Of a stretch of 64,000 bases of DNA, positions 57,267 through 64,000 are shown one piece after another (within the stretch, counting starts at the first letter, position 1; every line of letters starts with the position of its first letter). Made by a program: the position numbers and the translations under genes. A model generated the notes under the pieces. That model ran no database searches. It had not been told where the DNA came from and was given only the letters and a program-made list of their open reading frames with translations. Source of the stretch: Thalassovita sp. (GTDB lineage: Bacteria > Pseudomonadota > Alphaproteobacteria > Rhodobacterales > Rhodobacteraceae); contig NZ_OZ244657.1 of the NCBI RefSeq assembly GCF_965218685.1, forward strand, positions 55,639 through 119,638, read 5' to 3'.

Positions 57267-57755
57267 ATGGCGGAACGCAAGGTGGCACGCTCGATGCTGG
57301 ATTTGCCCACGCAGGACGAATTGCTGTCCATGTCGGGGCTGGAAACCATGCAAAAAATGGTCCGCGGTGAGCTTGCAGGCCCGCCGATCGCGCATCTGAT
57401 GGGGTATCGTCTGACCGAGGTGGATGACGGCCGCGCCGTGTTCACCGGCATCCCAAATTTCGAGGTTACCAACCCTATGGGCACGGTCCATGGCGGTTGG
57501 TACGGTACGCTGCTGGACAGCTGCATGGCCTGCGCGGTGATGACAAAAGTACCCCGGGGCAGCGTCTATACCACGTTGGAATACAAGATAAATATCCTGC
57601 GCCCCATCCCCCTGAGCACCAAGATCGAGGCCGTAGGCGTTGCCCAGCACGTCGGCCGATCCACCGGGATCGCGAACGGAGAAATCCGCGGCACCGAGGA
57701 TGGGCGGCTCTATGCCACCGGCTCGACCACCTGCATCGTCATGAAGCTGCGTTAA
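57267..57755 (+). CDS. PaaI-family hotdog thioesterase
   Basis: NPMGTVHGGWYGTLLDSCMACA, TTLEYKINILRP. Confidence 0.9.
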   Translation: MAERKVARSMLDLPTQDELLSMSGLETMQKMVRGELAGPPIAHLMGYRLTEVDDGRAVFTGIPNFEVTNPMGTVHGGWYGTLLDSCMACAVMTKVPRGSVYTTLEYKINILRPIPLSTKIEAVGVAQHVGRSTGIANGEIRGTEDGRLYATGSTTCIVMKLR

Positions 57756-58807
57756 CCCGTGGGCGCGGCGGTCAGACCGCCCGTCTGCTCGTGAACAGTT
57801 TCGTGCATCCGCTCGGACGGGTCGGCGCCGACCACGCGTTTGCTGCGGAACAAAAACAGTTTGCCCACTCCGCGCCATGTGCCCATGCGCGGCGCCTGCG
57901 CATCACAGGGGAACTGATCGCGCCAGCCCTCGGGCAATGGGAGCCCGCAGTCAGCCAGCCGCTCCAGCATCCAGACCAGCGGAATGTTCGACAGGGGCCG
58001 CGCGGCGGGGAACATCCCCACCTGCCCGCCCACATCTCCGTGGCTGCCATTGAACCAAACCTGTTCGACCTGACCCGGCGCGCAGTCCCGGCTGTCCCAC
58101 ATCACCGGGGCAAAGGCCTCGCGGTTTTCGTGCAGGGCCAGCGCCTGAAACCCGTGCTTGATCGAGCGGCCCAGCGCATGGTCATGGAACGAATGATGCG
58201 GTTCTGACCATTGCCACAGCACCGGCAGGCGCAGGCCCAGTGATTTCACCGTGTCCCAAACGCCGACGGCCTCGATCTCGACGTGGTCATGACAATAACG
58301 CTGACTGAACACCTGCGCGGCCTCGCTGCCGCGAGTGACCTGATAGTGGCGATAGGCCTGAGTGACCTGTCGTTCTGTGGCCTGCTCGGCCCGCAACAAG
58401 CCGACCCGGTCAATCACACCAGCCAGCGACCGCACCGCGAAGGCCCCGCGCGAATAGCCCAGCAGGATGATCTTGTCGCCGGGACGATACCGGCTGGCCA
58501 GATAGCCATAGGCGCGGCGGATTTGCCGGTTGATCCCGCGCCCCATCATCACGTCCAGGGTCTGGCGCCAATCCTCCCACTGAAGACCGGATTCGTAGTA
58601 CAAAGACACCGGAGCCCCCACTTGCGAAAGCAATCGATAGCTTAGCCCCGCGTTGGTCTCGTACCCCGGTTTCAGGCTCGAGGCCGTGCCGTCCAGAATG
58701 ATGACATGGGTCAGCGCCCCGCGCGTGTCGGGGCGGGGGGCCGGATGCCCCTCGCGCAGGCCGGGCCAGAACCGGCCCAGCAGGCGTTTACCCAGTTGTT
58801 TTAGCAT
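57752..58807 (-). CDS. DUF2235 (Tle1-like) alpha/beta hydrolase
   Basis: IILDGT, LGYSRGA (GxSxG), GVWDTV, ALALHENR, WFNGSHGDVGG. Confidence 0.85.
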   Translation of the reverse strand: MLKQLGKRLLGRFWPGLREGHPAPRPDTRGALTHVIILDGTASSLKPGYETNAGLSYRLLSQVGAPVSLYYESGLQWEDWRQTLDVMMGRGINRQIRRAYGYLASRYRPGDKIILLGYSRGAFAVRSLAGVIDRVGLLRAEQATERQVTQAYRHYQVTRGSEAAQVFSQRYCHDHVEIEAVGVWDTVKSLGLRLPVLWQWSEPHHSFHDHALGRSIKHGFQALALHENREAFAPVMWDSRDCAPGQVEQVWFNGSHGDVGGQVGMFPAARPLSNIPLVWMLERLADCGLPLPEGWRDQFPCDAQAPRMGTWRGVGKLFLFRSKRVVGADPSERMHETVHEQTGGLTAAPTG

Positions 58808-61082
58808 CCTCCAGATACTCCCATACGCGCAGCGGTGTCAGGGGCATGTCCACGTGGCGCACCCCGCGATCCCACAGCGCATCCAGTACCGCGTTGGTCG
58901 TCGCGGCCATTGATCCGACGGTCCCAGCCTCGCCGCAGCCCTTCATCCCCATTGGATTCGCGGTCGACGGCACGGGTTCGGTATCGAACGCGATAAAGGG
59001 CAAATCAGCGGCCCGGGGCATTGCGTAGTCCATGAACGTGGCGGTCAACAGCTGACCATCCTCGTCATAGACCGTGTGCTCCATCAGCGCCTGTCCCGCC
59101 CCCTGAGCGACGCCGCCATGCACCTGCCCCTCGGCCAGCAAGGGATTGATAAGGTTCCCGAAATCATCCACCACGGTGTAGCGCACCAGATCGGTTTTTC
59201 CGGTTTCGGGATCCACCTCTACCTCGGCCACATGGGCGCCGTTGGGGAAAGAGCGCGCCGGCAGCGTGGCCCGCTGCTCGTGCACCAACAGATCCTCGCG
59301 CCCGTCCGAGCGCGCCATCAGGGCAACCTCCATCACCGTTGGCGTCATGTTCGATCCGGGCGCTCGGAAGGTTTCATCGTCAAAGCTCACTTCCTCGGGG
59401 GCGACACCCAGCTTGTCGGCCAGGTACGGCGTGAAGGCCTCGATCATGCTGGACACGGTGGCCAGCGTGGCATTGCTTTGCGTGGTCACCGAGCGTGACC
59501 CCCCCGTGCCCCCACCCTGTTTGATCCGGTCGCTGTCACCCTGCACAACCTTGATCAGGTCGGCCGGAATGCCCGTCTGATCGCTCAGGAACCTGGCATA
59601 GACCGTTTCATGGCCCTGCCCGTTCGATTGTGTTCCGACATACAGCGTCACCGTACCATCCGCGTTAAACTCGACCTTGGCGCCTTCGGAAGGATCGCCC
59701 AGAATACTTTCGATATAGTAACACAGGCCCAGCCCACGCAGTTTGCCCTTCGCTTCACTTTGCTGTTTACGCCCCGTGAAGCCGCTGCGATCTGCCAGAT
59801 CGGCCACGCGGTCCAGCACGCGGGCAAAATCGCCCACGTCATAAGTTTCCCCCGTCGCGGCTTTGTAAGGGAACTGGTCGGGCCGAATGAAGTTGCGCTT
59901 GCGCAGCTCCCAGGGGTCCACGCCCAGTTGCCGCGCCGCCATGTCCATCAGCCTCTCAAGGACATAGATCGCCTCGGGGCGGCCCGCGCCGCGATAGGCA
60001 TCGACGTAGATCGTGTTGGTATAGAACCCTTCGACATGCAGAAAGGTGTCCTGCACGTCATAGGTCCCCATCAACACGCGCGAGAAAAGCTGTGTCTGGA
60101 TGATCTGCCCGAAATTCGAGTTATACGCGCCCAGGTTACAGGCCGTTTTCACCCGGTAGCCGATGATCTTGTTCGTGTCGTCAAAGGCCAGCGCAGCGGT
60201 GCTGACCAGATCCCGGCCATGGTGGTCGGACAGCATCGCTTCGGTCCGGTCAGACATCCAACGCACGGGGCGGCCCAACACCATCGCTGCATGTCCCAGC
60301 ACGTAATATTCCGGATAAGCAGGGGTTTTCATGCCAAAGCCGCCGCCCACGTCGGGATGTGTCACGCGCAGTTTATCGGGGTCGATATTCAATACCCGCG
60401 CCAGCTGCGCCTTGGGCCCCCAGACCCCCTGCCCGTTAAAACTGATGTGCAGACGGTCGCCATCATAGTCGGCAAAACACCCCCGCGGCTCCATCGCGTT
60501 CACGATTACCCGGTTGTCGCCAATCTCCATCTCGACCACACGCGCCGCGCGGTCAAACGCGGCCTGCGTGGCGGCCTCGTCGCCCATGGACCAATCAAAC
60601 GCCCGGTTATCTGGCACATCGTCATGCAAGGGCTCGCCGCCCTGCGCCATGTCCATTTTGGCGGGCAGTTCGTCGAAATCCAGCTCGATCAGTTCCGAAG
60701 CATCGCGAGCCTGATCCAGCGTATCGGCAAAGATCATCGCAATAGGCTCGCCCACAAAGCGCAGACGGTCCAGCGCCAGAATGGGCCGCGCGGGGCTGGC
60801 CGCATCGCTGCCGTCGCGGTTTTTCACCGTTATGCCCCAGACCGATTGCGTGATCCCCGCCGCCACCAGATCGGCACCGGTCAGAATCAAGTGCACGCCA
60901 TCAGCCTCGCGCGCGTCCTGAACGTCCAGCGTGGTGATCCGCGCATGGGCCACCGGCGAGCGCAGCACAAAGCACCGCAGCGCGCCCTCGGGCGTCACAT
61001 CATCCACATAGCGCCCATGTCCGGTCAGGAATCGCACATCCTCGACCCGCGTAATCGGCTGACTTTTCCCGAATTTCTCCAT
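58788..61082 (-). CDS. Xanthine dehydrogenase/CoxL-like molybdopterin-binding subunit
   Basis: RVEDVRFLTGHGRY, MEPRG, DVGGGFG, AYRGAGRPEA (form II motif), GQVHGGVAQG, KGCGEAG. Confidence 0.9.
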   Translation of the reverse strand: MEKFGKSQPITRVEDVRFLTGHGRYVDDVTPEGALRCFVLRSPVAHARITTLDVQDAREADGVHLILTGADLVAAGITQSVWGITVKNRDGSDAASPARPILALDRLRFVGEPIAMIFADTLDQARDASELIELDFDELPAKMDMAQGGEPLHDDVPDNRAFDWSMGDEAATQAAFDRAARVVEMEIGDNRVIVNAMEPRGCFADYDGDRLHISFNGQGVWGPKAQLARVLNIDPDKLRVTHPDVGGGFGMKTPAYPEYYVLGHAAMVLGRPVRWMSDRTEAMLSDHHGRDLVSTAALAFDDTNKIIGYRVKTACNLGAYNSNFGQIIQTQLFSRVLMGTYDVQDTFLHVEGFYTNTIYVDAYRGAGRPEAIYVLERLMDMAARQLGVDPWELRKRNFIRPDQFPYKAATGETYDVGDFARVLDRVADLADRSGFTGRKQQSEAKGKLRGLGLCYYIESILGDPSEGAKVEFNADGTVTLYVGTQSNGQGHETVYARFLSDQTGIPADLIKVVQGDSDRIKQGGGTGGSRSVTTQSNATLATVSSMIEAFTPYLADKLGVAPEEVSFDDETFRAPGSNMTPTVMEVALMARSDGREDLLVHEQRATLPARSFPNGAHVAEVEVDPETGKTDLVRYTVVDDFGNLINPLLAEGQVHGGVAQGAGQALMEHTVYDEDGQLLTATFMDYAMPRAADLPFIAFDTEPVPSTANPMGMKGCGEAGTVGSMAATTNAVLDALWDRGVRHVDMPLTPLRVWEYLEDAKTTG

Positions 61083-61150
61083 CGCTCGCCCTCTCTTGTC
61101 CCTCAGGGTCGAGAGTAGCCCCCACAGCCGCCCTGTCCAGAGCCAAGACC

Positions 61151-62272
61151 CTAAAGCGACGCAACGGTGATTGGATCTCCGACGCCATATCCGTTGAACC
61201 GCGTGGCTATGGCCAGCGAATAGGCTCCCATGCCGGAAAACAGCACATAGTCCCCCTCGGCCGTGTCCTCGGGGAAAGCGATGGGATCGGGCAGTTTGTC
61301 CAGGCTGTCACAGGTGGGACCGAACGCAATACGTTTCACGGGGTATCCACTGCGCGGAGTGCCGTCCGGCGCCATCACCTGCACACGGTCGTTGCCGCAG
61401 ATGTCGCGCAATTCGGACAGCGCACCATAAATGCCATCATTCAGGAACACCGCCCCGTTGGGCCGCAGGGCCTTAATCCGCGTGGCCAGGGTAAAGGCTT
61501 CGGCCACCATTGCGCGGCCGGGCTCGCAGACCAGCGCAGGAGGCGTCGTGAAATGCTTTCGCACAGCCTGTTCGATCCGGGCAAACACGCGCTCCAGATC
61601 CGGTGCGGGCCCCTGCCAGTGCGAGGCAAACCCGCCACCGACGTTCAACCGCTCCAGCCGGACGCCTGCGCGCTGCGCGACCTCGGCTGCCACGCGGATA
61701 TACGAAACCCAGGCCTCGGGGTCACGGCACTGCGTTCCGGGATGAAAGGTGATCGCAGGCCGGTGCCCGCGACGGGCGACCTCTTGCAACAGCGCGGTCG
61801 CGCCATCAGCGCCGACACCGAATTTCTCGCCGAAATCATAGGCAGCACCGGGAACAGGCAAGGCCAGGCGTACGCTGACCTCTATCGCACCCAGAGGGGC
61901 CAGTTTTTCAAGCTCGCTCTGACTGTCGACCGACGCCGAAACCACCCCATGGCGCCGCGCCGCCGCAACCTCTTCGGGGGTGCGCACCGGGTTATTGTAG
62001 TGCAAGGCCGCATCGGGGCTGATGGCACGCACCGCCTCCATTTCCGCCGGCGAGGCTACGTCAAACCCCTCGATCCCCGCTGCCACAAGATTAACCAGCA
62101 CATCGGCACGGCTGTTGGCCTTGACCGCATAGGTCACCACGCCCCCGAACCCGTCCAGAAACCGCCGTGCCTGCGCCTGCAAGCTGGCCGGACTGAAATA
62201 CATCACCGCATGGTCAGGACGATGCCGTCGCAAATGAGTCAGGGGATCGGGCCAAAGGGGATGTACGTGCAT
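61151..62272 (-). CDS. Group IV PLP-dependent ornithine/lysine decarboxylase
   Basis: YAVKANS (PLP Lys), FDVAS, NVGGGF, EPGR, GPTCDSLD, GMGAYS. Confidence 0.88.
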   Translation of the reverse strand: MHVHPLWPDPLTHLRRHRPDHAVMYFSPASLQAQARRFLDGFGGVVTYAVKANSRADVLVNLVAAGIEGFDVASPAEMEAVRAISPDAALHYNNPVRTPEEVAAARRHGVVSASVDSQSELEKLAPLGAIEVSVRLALPVPGAAYDFGEKFGVGADGATALLQEVARRGHRPAITFHPGTQCRDPEAWVSYIRVAAEVAQRAGVRLERLNVGGGFASHWQGPAPDLERVFARIEQAVRKHFTTPPALVCEPGRAMVAEAFTLATRIKALRPNGAVFLNDGIYGALSELRDICGNDRVQVMAPDGTPRSGYPVKRIAFGPTCDSLDKLPDPIAFPEDTAEGDYVLFSGMGAYSLAIATRFNGYGVGDPITVASL

Positions 62273-62387
62273 AAGAGGGGTCCTGTCGTTTACTGCGCCT
62301 CCTTCCATGGTGCGATGCGTTTTTGTCGATCTGGAGAGCATTTTCGACTATACTTAGTAAAACTTCAGTCATTTCGCCGAAAAAAAC

Positions 62388-62822
62388 ATGCCAAACGACC
62401 AAACAGACGCAAAACTCCTGACCCTTCTGGCCGAGAACGCCCGGATGCCCGTGGCAACCCTTGCCCGCCGTCTGGGCCTGGCCCGCACCACTGTCCAGGC
62501 CCGGCTGGAGAAACTGGAAACCAACGGAACCATCGCTGGCTATACCGTTCGTCTGGGCGCTTCCCAAACCCCGCAGCTGCGCGCCACCGTCCTGCTCAGC
62601 GTCGAGCCCCGCAGCAGCGCCGCAGTTCTGGCGCGCCTCAAACCCCTGCCACAGGTCCGTAAAGTCCACACAGCCAGCGGTCGCTTCGACCTGATCGCCA
62701 GCATCGCCGCCAAAACCACAGAAGAGCTGGACGCCGTCCTCGACCACATCGGCGAAGTCCCCGGCGTGCGCGCATCGGAAAGCCTCATCCACCTGTCCAC
62801 CAAACTGGATCGCACCAGCTGA
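62388..62822 (+). CDS. Lrp/AsnC-family regulator
   Basis: LAENARMPVATLARRLGLARTTVQARLEKLE...GTIAGY; divergent from the decarboxylase. Confidence 0.92.
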   Translation: MPNDQTDAKLLTLLAENARMPVATLARRLGLARTTVQARLEKLETNGTIAGYTVRLGASQTPQLRATVLLSVEPRSSAAVLARLKPLPQVRKVHTASGRFDLIASIAAKTTEELDAVLDHIGEVPGVRASESLIHLSTKLDRTS

Positions 62823-62829
62823 AACGCAG

Positions 62830-62894
62830 CGCCCACCCGAGAGGGCGGCCACAGGCCGACCTCGAGACATACAGCGCGTGCGTCAGCACGCCCC
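62830..62894 (+). repeat. Multi-hairpin intergenic repeat, copy B
   Basis: CGCCC-ACCCGAGA-GGGCG, GGCC-ACA-GGCC and GCGTGC-GTCA-GCACGC-CCC, followed by TTTT. Confidence 0.6.
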
Positions 62895-62975
62895 TTTTGG
62901 GACAAGCCGCTTTCCCTTCCCCGCCCAATTCGCTAGACGGGTCCGCAACGGAAAACCTGACGCGAGTGCTGGATC

Positions 62976-64000
62976 ATGGCGATGGAAAAGACCTTCAACG
63001 CGGCCGAAGCTGAAAACCGCCTGTACGAGGCATGGGAAAAGGCTGGCTGCTTTACTGCGGGCGCGAATGCAAAGCGCGCTGAAACCTTCTGCATCATGAT
63101 CCCTCCGCCCAACGTGACGGGCGCGTTGCACGTGGGCCACGCCTTCAACAACACCCTGCAGGATATTCTGGTGCGCTGGCACCGGATGCGCGGCTTTGAC
63201 ACCCTGTGGCAGCCCGGTCAGGACCACGCAGGCATCGCCACCCAGCTGCAGGTCGAAAAGATGCTGGCCGCACAAGGCAACGCAGGTCGGCGCGAGCTGG
63301 GCCGTGAAAAATTCCTGGACAAGGTCTGGGAGTGGAAGGGCCAATACGGCGACACGATCATCAATCAGCTGAAGCGTCTGGGCAGCAGCTGCGACTGGGA
63401 CCGCAACGCCTTTACCATGTCCGGCGCCCCCGGCGCGCCTGCCTCTGACCAGAACGGCAACTTCCATGACGCCGTGATCAAGGTCTTTGTCGAGATGTAC
63501 AACAAGGGCCTGATCTATCGCGGCAAGCGTCTGGTCAACTGGGACCCGCATTTTGAAACCGCCATTTCGGATCTGGAGGTCGAGAATATCGAGACCCCCG
63601 GCCATATGTGGCACTTCAAATACCCGCTGGCAGGCGGCCAGACCTATGAATACGTCGAAAAAGACGAAGACGGCAACGTCACCCTGCGCGAGACGCGCGA
63701 TTATATCTCGATCGCCACTACTCGCCCTGAAACCATGTTGGGTGATGGCGCTGTGGCCGTGCACCCCTCGGACGAACGCTATGCGCCCATCGTGGGCAAG
63801 CTGTGCGAAATCCCCGTCGGCCCCAAAGAGCACCGTCGCCTGATCCCGATCATCACCGATGAATATCCCGACAAAGATTTCGGCTCGGGTGCGGTGAAAA
63901 TCACCGGCGCGCATGATTTCAACGACTATCAGGTCGCCAAGCGCGGCGGCATCCCGATGTACCGCCTGATGGATACCCGCGGCCATATGCGTGCGGACGG
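62976..64000 (+). CDS. valS: Valyl-tRNA synthetase, N-terminal part (runs off window end; absent from ORF track)
   Basis: Manual translation [13 protein letters not shown]...[31 protein letters not shown]...[11 protein letters not shown]...[11 protein letters not shown]...[17 protein letters not shown]. Confidence 0.97.
   Translation, partial: MAMEKTFNAAEAENRLYEAWEKAGCFTAGANAKRAETFCIMIPPPNVTGALHVGHAFNNTLQDILVRWHRMRGFDTLWQPGQDHAGIATQLQVEKMLAAQGNAGRRELGREKFLDKVWEWKGQYGDTIINQLKRLGSSCDWDRNAFTMSGAPGAPASDQNGNFHDAVIKVFVEMYNKGLIYRGKRLVNWDPHFETAISDLEVENIETPGHMWHFKYPLAGGQTYEYVEKDEDGNVTLRETRDYISIATTRPETMLGDGAVAVHPSDERYAPIVGKLCEIPVGPKEHRRLIPIITDEYPDKDFGSGAVKITGAHDFNDYQVAKRGGIPMYRLMDTRGHMRAD

Noticed and set aside
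58788-61082. Bona fide aerobic CO dehydrogenase
   Set aside because: It lacks the form I AYxCSFR motif and has no coxS, coxM or accessory genes nearby.
62823-62975. T-box or attenuator upstream of valS
   Set aside because: No T-box consensus; the hairpins match the repeat family seen at 54302 and sit at the 3' end of the Lrp gene.
1-64000. CRISPR array, IS elements, toxin-antitoxin or defence islands
   Set aside because: No regularly spaced direct repeats, transposase or recognisable defence domains were seen, and composition looks uniform apart from short AT-rich promoter regions.

Overview
High-GC alphaproteobacterial chromosome segment. Gene content and order point to Rhodobacteraceae/Roseobacter group (inference). 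I found no prophage, integrase, transposase or CRISPR array. Left to right: the propionyl-CoA assimilation cluster (partial methylmalonyl-CoA mutase, pccA, pccB, pccR with TTTGCAAA operators, interleaved small unknown genes); choline uptake and oxidation (betICBA, choXWV, BetI operator); DMT and LysE/ArgO exporters; an intergenic DnaA-box cluster with an AT-rich core; yebC; two tail-to-tail SLC13/TrkA-C permeases; ymdB-like, ygfA, mgtE; two purine deaminases; hisN; a PraR-like XRE regulator; a LysR/DUF1127 pair; yccA; VIT1; rpmG; RNase P RNA; amidase; gatCA; tadA; rluB; a seven-gene XpaC-TelA-DUF2927-SPFH-SnoaL-Zn-ribbon membrane operon led by an unannotated 28-aa peptide; nitroreductase; dtd; tRNA-Leu(TAA); rhomboid; suhB; metR/metF; a stand-alone form-II CoxL-like subunit coupled to a Tle1-like DUF2235 gene; ornithine decarboxylase/Lrp; and partial valS. 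Best leads: (1) the PspA-less TelA/SPFH/Zn-ribbon envelope-stress module; (2) a DnaA-box cluster that appears to lie inside one replichore, so probably not oriC; (3) a structured intergenic repeat family with a compensatory base change; (4) the CoxL-like/DUF2235 pair. All calls come from motif reading and recall of protein families. No database search was run, and manual motif scans are not exhaustive.
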